Below, one piece after another: positions 25,768 through 38,865 of a DNA stretch of 64,000 nucleotides. The notes under the pieces are model-generated. The model was not told the origin of the DNA, searched no databases, and worked only from the letters and a program-made list of their open reading frames with translations. The stretch covers positions 1,736,001 to 1,800,000 of the forward strand of contig NW_025767446.1 in assembly GCF_003918875.1 (NCBI RefSeq). Direction: 5' to 3'. Position 1 is the first letter of the stretch; the number at the start of each line of letters is the position of its first letter. A program made the position numbers and the translations under genes. Source of the stretch: Haliotis rubra. Lineage: Eukaryota.

Positions 25768-26135
25768 ATAGAGAATCTCACCCGAGTGTCTTCTGATATC
25801 AAATATATCACCACGAGTTGATAAAGTAACAAATATCCGAGGCTTGCCGAGTGTTGACATATTTGATATCAGAAGACACGAGGGTGAGATTTTATTTATC
25901 ATCAAAAATCACTCTTCATTAGTTTTCAATGAAAAATATACATCTCTGAACACAGTACTGCCATTAGATTTGCAGTGCAGCGATGTCATAACATTGTGAC
26001 GTCAACAAGTTCATGACGTCATAGCATTGACAGGGCATTGTACAAAATCTACTGTCAAAACGATATCTCCTAGGAGATATCGTCTGATCTCACACAAGCG
26101 ATATCTACTGTGGAACACAGTTTTGGATGATAAAT
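25768..26135 (+). mobile_element. Unclassified DNA element with a terminal ~120-bp hairpin (family G)
   Basis: AATCTCACCC.AGTGTCTTCTGATATCAAATAT...ATATTTGATATCAGAAGACAC.AGGGTGAGATT foldback followed by a segment bounded by TTTATCATC/GATGATAAA; second copy at 45600-45975. Confidence 0.8.
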
Positions 26136-27915
26136 GTGTAATGTTATGAACTACGATATAATGTACTATAAATATATTCTGCCTAATGGATACTTACTGT
26201 CTAATTACTGAATAAAGAAAACTTAAGAACGTTTTCAAAATTAGAAAGATAAATTGATTTCAAGAATATTACTCTGCGTATACCTAATGACGTGTCCTTT
26301 GTTGTACTGGTGTAATCTTCACGATCTTGTCTAAAACAGTAGCCTACACTTGAACGAATGACTAGAATATTATACTTATAGAGTAGTATAAAAATATGGT
26401 GCCGTTTTCGTTTTGTTTCGTTCTGACGCGGCGCAGCTTGAGCAATAATAAGTCAACATAACGACTTCAGGCGATTTGGTTACTTGCATGTAACCTTACC
26501 CAGATAGCATGGTCCGATGCTCATGATATCACTCACTGGGTCAGACTCGACTATTTACAGGTCGGAGACTTAGTGCATCGCTAAACCAAAAGAAAAGAAA
26601 CAAAAAGTATTTCCAGGAAGAACATGACGACATTTGCAATACAAGGTCACTGTCAGGGCAATGCAGCTAAAATACGATTTGACTTGTATTTACAAGGAAG
26701 TAGACGATAAAATTTTTAAACAAAGGACACGCATTGTTGAAAGAAATGAACTGCAACGACAACAACACAATCGCATGTGGCTTTCATGTGGCTTTCACAC
26801 AGCACTCAGTGCAATCTATGCTTTTGGCGGGTCATATCGTCCAGCGGAGAGAGGAGGCATGGATCTGTTTGATCCTATCTTACCACTTCCTTTATCAAAC
26901 GTCATGGGGAACATCTTCAGGAGGATGTCCACAGAATATCATTTAAACCACACTGTACAACACATTTAAAAACGACAACCGCTGATCTGCCTGATTTACA
27001 GTAGCCTCGCGTCAGGCGACAGACTGTGAAGAAGCTCCTGCTGGGAATGCTGATGAGGAATAAGCATTCTCATATGTTGTTCATGGCACAGATGGCATGA
27101 ATTTTATATAAGGTACGTAGAAACCTTACTCCACTCATCGCGTCAACAAAAGTTAAGACATATATTTTATTTTGTGGTAACGAGGTGGTTAAAACGTTTG
27201 CTTAACACAACGAAGGCCCGGCGATGCAATGTGTGCAGCCCATGTGTGTTGATGTTGCTTGATTATTCCTTAAAGAGGCATAAACTCACCTTCCTTGTAG
27301 AGGTAGAATCTGATCATTTAGAGGTTTTGGGTATTGACATTTTCTGCTAAAATTTTAGTCGAATGTTACAGACAGTGAGTGAGTTTTGTTTCACGCCGCT
27401 TTTAGCAATATTCCAGCAATATCACGGCGGGGGACACCAGAGATGGTGTTACAGAAATACTGCAATAGTCATACTGTAAACGCATGTGGATTGTCCAGGA
27501 CTTGCCTTGTGTCTTGAGATATGCACTTACAGTCATCCAAAGAGCGAATGAGTACAAATTGATTGATTGTTGTTTAACGCCGCACTCAGCAATATTCCAG
27601 CTATGTGGCGGCGGTATGTAAGAATGAGTACAAAAGTGATATTTAAAATTTAGAATAACTTTACATAACTCTGAAACTAGCATTTCAAAGAGAACCAAAA
27701 GGATTCACTCGAAAGATTAAGCCGGTTTATGAGTAAAAGGCATGCCTATATCAACAAGCATATACAACCTCATTTTTGCTCTCCTTTTTGTTCCAGCTTT
27801 CAATGTACCGCTATAGGTAATGGACACTGATCTTTAAACCATAATAATCATTTCATCATTGAAGGACACTGCAATTTGCTTTACGGAGAATTTATGAACA
27901 CGTTCAATCACAAAA

Positions 27916-30900
27916 ATGGTTCGAGATTTAGTGTTAGTACTTCTGACCACAGTCAATGCATATTTGTCAACACTGTCAACAGGTCAAAGGTTAAATATTA
28001 CTGATACAAAACAGACGGATTCAACGATGAATACGACTCATATCGGATCACTTGAAGGACACATAAATGAGACAAGGTCATTACATGGTCAAGGACATAT
28101 GGCGCAAATTTCCCAAACGTCACAAGATGATTCGGACTCGACTGATTTTACCGACATCGCCCTGGCAACGGCATCGTCATTTAACCATTCAGGTTTACCT
28201 GTGTTTTTTCCACTTGTATCGGCGGGAATCATCAAGGCCGGCGTGGACATCTACAGCTACAACGTCAGTGACGTTTGCAAGGTGGAATTTTACCAGTACG
28301 CCGTGGACCTACAACATATGAAGGACTGGGCCGTGAGAAGTAAGTCTAATGTTTACGAGGCGAATTGAAAACAAAACAACATTTGTGGTCTCATATATAA
28401 TGATTTGTGTAAACAGTGTGACTTCAAGTGTCAACAAGTGTATGAAGAATATAATCAGTCGGACGCCAAAAATAGCACCACATGGCAATCCAGATCTGTA
28501 GTTAATTATGTTTTGTTACCTCTTGACCCATTCCTCTACTGTACTGATCTAGCGCCATTGGGATCTATATTTCTTCCCTAAACTCAAAGCACTTTGTTGA
28601 GTTTTAACCGGGAAGAAAAGTTTTTGATCTAGCGCCATTGGGATCTATATTTCTTACATAAACTCAAAGCACTTTGTTGAGTTTTAACCGGGAAGAAAAG
28701 TCTTAGGGCGTGCATATAACAAAACAAAATTTAATGAAATCAAAGCAAATTATACGAGACAATATCCATTCTCAACGATTCTTCCGATTAAAAACGTCAT
28801 GCACCCCATAAGAAACATTGCTTGGCGAATCTTCTCTTTATGCTGTTCCATCACATGCAATGGAGATTATCCATTTTAATGAATTAAGTTGATTGATTTT
28901 AATGATACATATGAAACATTTTAATCATATATTCCTGAACTTTGGAGGAATAAGTTCATACTCTGGAAACAGTGGTTATCTGGATGTGGTTAAATATATT
29001 TGTCGTTTAATTCAACTTCCGGGGATTATGTCTGTCGTGTGTTTCGTGTGTTCCAGTGTATGACGCCACTGGTAGGCAAGGGCCGGGATTTCTCCAGGGA
29101 TCGGTCACGTGGCAAGGAGACTATGACCAGTGCAGTGATATACATCACACGATAACGTCACTTGATACAGAAAGTGACGTGAAGATAAATGCTCTGTATT
29201 GCTCACTGTCATTTGATTCGCCCGTATGGCTGGACAAGTATATTTCCCACCAGGTGATAATTATGCAATACGTTTATTTGAAGAAGCATGTAAAATACAA
29301 CGAGGATAAAATACAACATGAATTCCCAAGCATGACAATATACAATTTAATACATAAATGTATAGTTTTTACAAGACAAAGACTGGCATTGTATCAACTG
29401 ATCTTGAAATATTGTCTCCTGCAGCACCTACCGTTCCCCGTGCTTCTGCCGCACCTGACTGTGGACATCTGTATCCCTTCTGGCTGTGCGGAGGACGATC
29501 TCACCACCATCATCAACACATGTAGGTCTTTGCAGGTATTACAAATATAAAGTATGATACGGCCTCTATTTTCACTGAGTCAGATTTTAAAGACACTTTA
29601 ACGTTTTAAAAATTCTGACACAGTTAAACAACGTGGTATCGAACGCACGGCTGCCTCGAAGTAAATTCTTGGTCCACGCATATTCCTTATTTAGTCATCA
29701 TTTGGAGGCTGTCGTGACCTCGGTTGGTTGGTTTGTTGTTTACCGCCGCACCCAGCAATATTCCAGCTATATGGTGGCGGTCTGTAAATAATCGAGTCTG
29801 TACCAGACAATCCGGTGATCAACAGAATGAGCATTGATCTATGCAATAGGGATGCGATGACATGTGCAACCAAATCAGCGAGCCTGACCACCCGAGCCCG
29901 TTAGTCGCCTCTTACGACAAGCATGGGTTACTGAAGACCAATTCTAACCCGGATCTTCACGTGTCGTTGAACCTCAGATTACCCGACACTCGTCTGTAGT
30001 CACGTGTATATGCTGTTTGATGAAATTCTTTTTGGATGTGAAGAATTATCTTGACTAAGCGAGAAATACACACGTGTCTTCTGTTGAAATAATATTTTGG
30101 CATTCTAGAGCATTTTACATTAATAAAAACTTACAAATGTCTATGCCTCGTCTGATGAAAATACTACACAACATTCTTTATCCGCTATTGCTAATTTTAC
30201 AATATTTGAGGTTCGAAAGAAGGTATAGGTGTATCATTTTTGTCCACTTAAATTTCTTAGTGACAGTTTCATGACTAACCGGCAGCAGAAAATGTCAAGA
30301 GACGCAGATAGATTGTGAAAATGGAGACAACAGCTGAGAAACTTTTGTGGATACTGATAAAGTTAATGTCAACAAGAAATGTCGACGTACATGTCATTTT
30401 ACTGTTATTTCCAATATGTTGTATACAGGTGCAGGACAACAGCAAGACAACATCACCCTGTCAGGCATCACGTGTCAGAGGGACATGCAACTCGCCTACG
30501 ATGCTGCTGCCATCTTCTCACTGTAGGCTATTGAACCTATGTCTTAGTTGAGTTGTGGACTAAGTGCCCCGAGTGAAGACTCCCAAACTCAATGATTCGG
30601 AAAGGAGTATTTTTAGATTAAGCAGAATAAAATAGTCAATCGGTCGCTGAACAGCATGCTCTACGCCAGCAAACAAATGAATAACATCATACGTTTGGTG
30701 TGTCTTTTTCACAAATTTGCAAAATTGCAATTACGTCGTTAAATGCAGTTATGTGATCAATATAGTCAGTATAACGCAGCTGGAACTAGCCAAACAGCGT
30801 GCAAACAACTGTATACAAGTCATTCAGAATTAGTGATTTTGTCTGTTTGGGGTAGTGTATGCTACGGATTGTCTTTGAGTAAACGAATTGCCCTTTTCAA

Positions 30901-33900
30901 ATAACGATTAATAGGTCTTTTATTCTACAACATTTACATCTAATGAAATTACCATTGTGAGTGAAAAGTATTCAGATATTTTAATAATGTCACAGTGTCT
31001 TTGTATGGGACGAAAGCCCGACTGGGCAAAAGAACCCAACCCAAATGACCCTATTTGCTGCAGCCTGTGTAGTTTTGAATGGTTGAATTGTGTTCCAGAT
31101 GATCTTATGTCTATGGAAAGTGTGTACATGAGATTTTACTTTATTCCTACATAAATAAGTTGCACAGTGACGGATTGCATCTGTCCTAGTACTTGTAGCA
31201 GCAGTGGCAGTAGTAGCTATAGAGCTAGTAGCAGTTCTAGTAGTAGAAGAATTTGTGAATGATTTGAGTTTTACCACAGTGTGCAACCCAATAATAAACA
31301 ATCTAAACATAGATCTTGATATATTATTTTACTAGAATGGAATGAGTGACTTAGTGAGTATGGCTTTATGTCGCTTTTAGCAATAATCCAGCAATATCAC
31401 TTGTGGGGACACCAGATATGGACTTCACACATTTTACCCATGCGGGGAATCGAACCCGGGCCTTCGGCGTGAAGAGCGAACGCTTTAACCACTAGGCTAT
31501 CCCACCGCCCCAGTATTAGAAGAAGTAGTAATAGTGTTAGTAGTAGCTACAGAGATAGTGGTTGTTCAGGGGGTGGTAGTAGTGACAATAGTAGTTATAG
31601 TGGTACTAGTAGTAGTTGGGAAATAGTAGTAGCTATGGGGAGTAGTATAGTGGTGAGTAGTAGTAGTAGTAGTACAGTAGTAGCAGAAATAGTAGTAGTA
31701 GTAGTAGTAGTAGTAGTATTGGTAGTAGAAGTAGTAGTAGTAGATGTGAAATAGTGGTGGTAGTAGTAGCTATACAGGTAGCAGCAGCAGTAGTGGTCGT
31801 AGTAGTAGTAGCAGTAGCAGTAGTAGTAGTAGTAGTAGGTGAAATGGGGGTTGGCGTCACGTTGAAGAGTACAACACTAACATAACTATGTGCATGCATG
31901 TGTCTGTGCGGTTGCTTATGGTAGTAAAGACTAATGCCGGCTTTGAGTTCAATCCACTCACACACCAGGCCGCATTTCATATGAATCATGATTTATCAGT
32001 ACCCTTGTAACTAACTACTTATGTGTTTGTGTGTTTGTGATTGTTCCAGGTGTTTGCTGGCTACGCTTGCATGCTTGGTATTCCTTGGAAGCATGATCAC
32101 TGTCATTGTACGACTAACAACTTCGACGGAAGAACTTTACCCTTCACCGTGTGTCGGCTATTTCAGCAGAAGGGGAAATGTATTTTTTGTTGTACGCAAA
32201 CACAGTCTTTCTACAACAGAAACAAACTGTACACCAAGTCCATTTGGCGTAATGGTAGCCGGGACAGTCTGAAGAATGATTCGGACCACCAAGCGGCAGC
32301 AACATCCTCCGTCGACGACGACGTCGCGATTAGTGTTCAAAGATCGGCTTCTTTGAAACCGGGGGATCAATCAGTAATTCAGATGACACAGAAAAGGGAT
32401 GACTCTTCAGAGAAACGGACAGACATCAAACTTGAGGTTGGTTGTCCTCATTTTGAAAGTTTTACCAGTTACATGGCCATCCTAGTTTTGATTGCCGTCC
32501 AATCACTGCGGCGTTAGGTGGATTTTGACCCTAACCTTCAATCATGACAGTCCTTTGGCTGAATCACGGAAACAACCCATTGTACTTTCAGTTTTTCGCC
32601 TCTAGCTGTGTGTGCGTGCGTGTTTTGGATTTTTTTGTGTGTATTTGTGTGTGTGTGCTTGCACTAGTCATACTTCTCTTATGGCTGAAATACCGTTGGC
32701 ATGCTGTATGTATGAATGGATGTGTGTGTGCGTCCGTGCGTGCGCGTCTGCGTGAAGTAGTCTTCTTACGGCCTGGTTTTATTGTTGAAATGCCATGCCC
32801 CTGAATAACACGAACACTCTACGAGCCGATCAGTCCATCTTTCATTCCCTTAATGTCTGGCGACATGGTTTGGTCTGACGCACCCGGCTCCACAGACAGA
32901 CACTCTGTCAACTAGGCCATGGCGCCGCCTCCAAAACACAACGAGTACGTGAGAAAGTAGTAACCATCGTAGTCAATCACCTGCTTTGTAAGAGTATAAA
33001 TGTCAGTTGTGTTCTCTTTAAAGTCTTCTATCTGATATACATAGTCATTGTATGTTCTGAATGGTGTTCTTCAGCCAATCAGTGTGATGTCCCTACCAGT
33101 CAGAATGGATTCCCAACAGAATGATCAACTTGACCCAAATCAACTTGTCAGTTTGACACCAGGTAAATATAAAAAGGGAATTTGTTCTATTGTCCTCATT
33201 GTTAAGGCGTTCGCTCATAACCTCCGTGTTCGATTCCCCACATGGATACAACGTGAAAAACACACCACTTATGTTCCTTGTTATCTGCGGGACTACTGCT
33301 AATTGTGGCGTATCATGATTAATGTGATCATGCATTCATGCAATGGTTAAAAATGATTCCAGTTTGCAAAATCTTTAATCTTTATAGTTCCTTACTTGTA
33401 TTCATTTGTGTGGGCTTGGTTCAGGTGGCGTGGTCACTGACATCCTCCTGTGTTTCTCCCTCCCAAATAATTTGGCGTCAGTTCTTGGAGGGGGCAGTGC
33501 AGACCAGCTACTCTTTCTCAGTGGCGTCCGGTTCCTCTCCATCTGCTGGGTTGTCTTTGGCAACACCATTAGCTTCATACACAGAACACCTGATGTGATT
33601 GGTAACTATGATTTTATTTTCTAAATAGAACTGATGGTGCCTTTATAAGAGCTTAAAAGTACAGTCGATTCAAACTGCCCCACCTTGCCTATATCGACAA
33701 TGTACCATTCAAGTTCATGTCAACCAAGTAAGACGGTAGTAGATGTGATTACACAATTTCTATTGCCTTGAGATGGGCACAGAGATTTTAAACTGTCACA
33801 CTAAGTGAGTGTTTCCCGATGAAATTGATTTGTAAATTTAAAAAAAAGCCGATTTCCCCAAAAATATGACTTTCAGGTATTTATCTGCATTATTGTCTTT

Positions 33901-36900
33901 CGGTCATTTAATTAGATATAAACAATTCAGAATATCCCTTAACACCACTGGTGATGGAAACGTAACCAGAAAATATGAAGTATTTACGTATCTAAAATAT
34001 ACGTCGCAATTATTTATTTTTGACCTTGCGTGACATGATTGTTTTAAAAACTGGACCACATCTGGTCACCACATCCTGGCCTATGTTAATGTAGGTGCAA
34101 TAAGCTTTCCAATGAGCCATAACATGTCTATACAAGAGATGGGGGCATTAAACTCCTTAATTTGGCCACTTTTCTTTAAGTCGCTGCTCTCCTATTATAG
34201 GTTGCAGGAACATAGACTCTTTCGGTTCTTAATTATATGTCTTGGACAATTCATTCTTATATGTCTAAATCTGATATTGATCGTGTTTTGATAAACGTCC
34301 ACTTGGAACAAGATTGTCACATCAATTGAATCACATGAACCACTGAATTGTTTATCATTATAAACACGGCAAGCAATTGAAAAGAAAGTAGTTACAGAGC
34401 ATCAATAAGGTGTCCTTGTGTGCATTGAAACTTTACTTTCTTTCAGAAAATGGCGTCACTCTCGTGGAATTGGCTCAGTGTCCTTTATTTCAAGCAATAA
34501 TCAACAGTACCTTTGCTTCTGATTCTTTCTTCATTCTCAGGTGAGGTGAATTCAGACGTTATATGCGTACGTACATGAGAAGAACAGAACTCGTATACAA
34601 CGATAACAACTTTGTTGTTTAGACACACATATTCTGGGGCGCTGAGGAAACCTAGTGATTGAAGCGTTCGCTCGTTACGCCGAAGACCCGGATCTGATTC
34701 CTCACATGGGTACAATGTGTGCAATCCATTTCTGGTGTCCCATTCGTGATGTTGCTGGAATATTGCTGAAATCGGCGTAAAACCACACTCATAATCATTC
34801 ACATACTATCGCCCTATTCTACATGTACATTTGGTATTATAGATTCTGAAAACATGTTCGGTTGTAAGTGACATCGCTGAGGACATCTGTTACGGCCACT
34901 CAACTTCTACTAAAACAAAGACTTATTGATCAAAGCATTCAACAGCGGTAGGTCAGCTTAGTGTATACAGGACTCGAACATTCGATTCCCATCATGTGTA
35001 CATCCCATCCTCATTCAAAGAACGAAGTGTACTTAATCAATGTGCAGGGATAAGTACCACAAATCCATGGCAAACTAAATTGTAAACATTTGATGACACC
35101 AGGTGATCAACGTGCCTTTTCATGTAGTTATAGGACCATTGTATTTTCAAATGCAACTGGAATTCAGCCAGTCAACAGTCACATTGCTTTTTCATGTTGC
35201 AATAGTGGAACGTTGCTGTCTTACAATTTTCTGCGGAATGTTGACAAGAAAAAGTCGGCGGGGAAGGAGTTCAAAGTGACTCCCAAGTTTCTTCTGATGT
35301 TCTATATCCATCGTCTGTTGAGGTGAGCAGTCAATAGGTGTGTGGGTGAGTAAATGAATGAGTTTTGAATGACACTGTGGGTGGGTGGTAGATGGAGAGG
35401 TTGAGTGAGTGAATGGGTGGGCGGGTGAGTGAGTGAATAAGTGAGTGGTACATGGGTGAGTGGATGATTGGGTTGGCGGGAGGTTGTGTTAGTGGTTGGG
35501 TGGGTATGTGGGGAAGGGAGGGGGGGGGGGGTTCACTCTTGTTGCTCAACGTAAGCTTCATATCGTTATCCAATTGTCACGCGGAACAGTATTTTTTATA
35601 TTTTTTTTATTTACTATTTTTTCACTTATATATTGGTACAGTACACGTAGTCAATGTGTGACGTTGATAGTTACCATTGTACTGATATACAAGTATACGA
35701 AACAGTCAATGATATGTCAGTAGAATTTTTTTTGTAAATGCCATCAGATAACGCGGAACAGTAATGCCCAATATTCAATAAAATATACAAATATTCCTGC
35801 GATTTCAAAGTGTTCTTTAATGAGAATATCACTGACCGAAATATCATCACTTGTTTGGCCTTTCAGTGTTTTCAGTTAACGTACTCCTCTCACAAGAGTA
35901 CTCTTATCAGTGGAAGATACATGCAATTGTTATTTATGTATGGTCGCCTTCAGACGCCACATGCTTGATCAGCTCATCAATACAACTATTCATTTATTAT
36001 CTGTGCCACACAGAATATTACCGTGTTACCTGGTGGTGTTGATGATTTTTGCCAACCTCATGCCTTACATGGGACGTGGACCTCGCTGGAAGTATGTCAC
36101 TACTGCCATCAACCAGTGCAAGGACCACTGGTGGGCCAACGTCTTCTTCTTCAGCAACTTCTACAAGGCAGATGAAATGGTGAAACACCTTTACTATTTT
36201 ACTTTGAACAAATATATATTCTATATATAATATCAGATAAACTTTGCTGTAGTGCTGATATTGAATAGATTATCCTTATTCTGAAAGGTTACCATGTTAA
36301 ATGATAAATACTTTGCTTTGATAAGCATTTGTTTGTTGTTGTAGTTTAACGTCGCAGTTAACAATATGACCACCGTCTGTTAATAGTCGACTGTGTTGAA
36401 TATTCCATCACAAGGGATATCTATTTCAAATCACGAACTATGAAGGATCTTTTTAATAATATAAGCTCTCATTCAATTATTGCATTTTAAAAGAATTAGA
36501 TTTGTTAAATGATTTGTAAATAGATACATATTTTATTATTGGTAGTTTAGATTAGTAACTGAGATTGGTGGTGGCTGTACCCTCAAAGGGGGTTGAAGTA
36601 GCGTAAAATTATTGTCCTCCTGAGAGGGTACATAAGTCCCGAAACATTAAAAGGAAATTTAAATATTTCCAGCTGTTTTAAATGTAGTATTCTTGTCATT
36701 TTACTTTTGGCTAAATTTGACTTCAATCGCCAGCGGCTGAAGGGATGATATAAATCCGGCTAGGGTCCATGCAGGTAGCAAAAGTAATGTAAGTCCCCAT
36801 GGTCCCTAGTTTGGCGATCTACCTTCAGTTGTTGGCGATCTATAGTCAGTTTTTATGTTGTATTGTCCAAATAGTGCTATTAGTTTAATTTTCCACACTA

Positions 36901-38819
36901 CTTTTAGTTGTAATAGTGATATTCTAGTTGTTTTACTGTCCTTCGTCGACAGGATTTTACAATATACATCTATTCCATTTCAATGTCACATATGTTCTCG
37001 TCACGATATGGCTGAGATATTGCCGATGTGACGTGAAATATTAACTCAAAATTAACTCACTCACTCACTCACTCACTCACTGTTAATAGTCGAGCATTAA
37101 GCTTGATTGCCATCATGTACATTGATTTACCCAAACTGGTTATGATGGCATCCGTCAACCAAGTCAGCGAGCCTACCACCTGATCCCGTTAGTCGCCTCT
37201 TAGGACAAGCATGGGTAGACAAATTGTTACCCGGATCTTCACGGATCTAAAAACAAATTAAGGAATCAGTCACGGTATCATCTGATATACACCGGGTTTT
37301 TTTGTAGAATAAATCATACTAATATTTAGGTGTTTTGCAAAAGATCATGCTTTCTAATGTCATTTAGAACATCACTATGTAACTTTTCAGTGCATGAGCT
37401 GGACATTCTTCTTGGTGAATGACACCCAGTTCTACCTCATCTCCCCTCTCATCCTCATCCCTCTGGTCAGGTAGGACATGCATCATCTCTGAGCACTCTG
37501 GACTTGTGCCTTTTAAAAACATATATAAGTTGACCCTATTTCATGACCCTGGAGGCTTTTCGATCATAGTCTAATGACGGCGGTGTAAGTGATTATTTAA
37601 AGTCACATCGGCGGTATTTGAGCCATATCGTGAATTTAATAAAAACATAACAATATATAGAAGTGGTACTTGGTATTAATCATGACAAATGTTGTATTTA
37701 AATACAATCATTTTGATGAAGATTCTGAAATTCAGCAGTTGTGTTTGCTCGTAGGTTACCTCCCCTTGGGTTTGTCCTGCTTGGCCTCCTAGTAGCAACA
37801 CAGTTGGTATCTGTCGGGATCCTGAATAACAAGATCAACGGCAATATGTTGAGGTAGGAATGTTATCGCATATTCCATTCGAATCATTAGAACGAGTTCG
37901 TGTTGAATTTACTGACAGGCCACCTGTGCGATGGCAGTGACAGCGTAGCCTTTCAAAAGGTTCTCGACTCTGTGGTAGCGAATCCACTATCATGTGTGTT
38001 GATGTTCACATGGTGTTCTCGAGTACAGTGTTAAAGGTTTTTGCGAGGTCAGAAATTATATTAATCACTGGGTATTTTATCTAAATTATATTATTTGCAG
38101 CCCTGATCCATAATTGCCTGAAACAACAGTATCAGAAATATTCCTTGAGAGAATTAGCATCATCAATAACAATTCACCGTAATTCAGTCTTACAAAAGAA
38201 GAACCTTGGTAATATACAATCAAATATTGAGATGTCCCCTGGTATCACTGGCAAAAGTTTAATCCATTTCAGCTGTATAATACAATGTGAAAAGTGCAAA
38301 CTATTTGTCTTTTAATGTGATGATTTGATTTCAGGATGGACCATGGCTACTTCTCCGATGTATACGCCAAGCCTTACTGCCGGGTGGGAGTATTTGCCAT
38401 TGGAATGGTGCTTGGGTACATCTTGAACAGAGTGGGAAGAAAGGCCAATCTTAGAAAGGTTATTAAGTAGAAACTGTAGTTGTTAGAACCTGGGTCTGTG
38501 AACTCGTCTGTTTTCCCGAGTGACATTCATTGACATGTCATTATTCTTCATCAACTGTTGGTCTTATAGGTCGAAGCCACTCTTCAGTAGTGTGTCGAGT
38601 AGTAATTTTCGTAGTTGTAATTCCATGCCTGTCGTAAGAGGCTACTAACGGGATCGGGTGGTCAGGCTCGTTGACTTGGTTAACACATGTTAACGTATCC
38701 CAATTGCGTAGATCGATCGTTGATCACTGGATTGTCTGGTCCAAACTCGATGATTTAGAGACCGCCGCCATATAGCTGGAATATTGCTGAAAGCGGCGTT
38801 AATCAACAATCAATCAATC

Positions 38820-38865
<46 letters not shown>

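Noticed and set aside
31633-31989. Poly-Thr/Leu ORF
   Set aside because: Artefact of the (AGT)n microsatellite.
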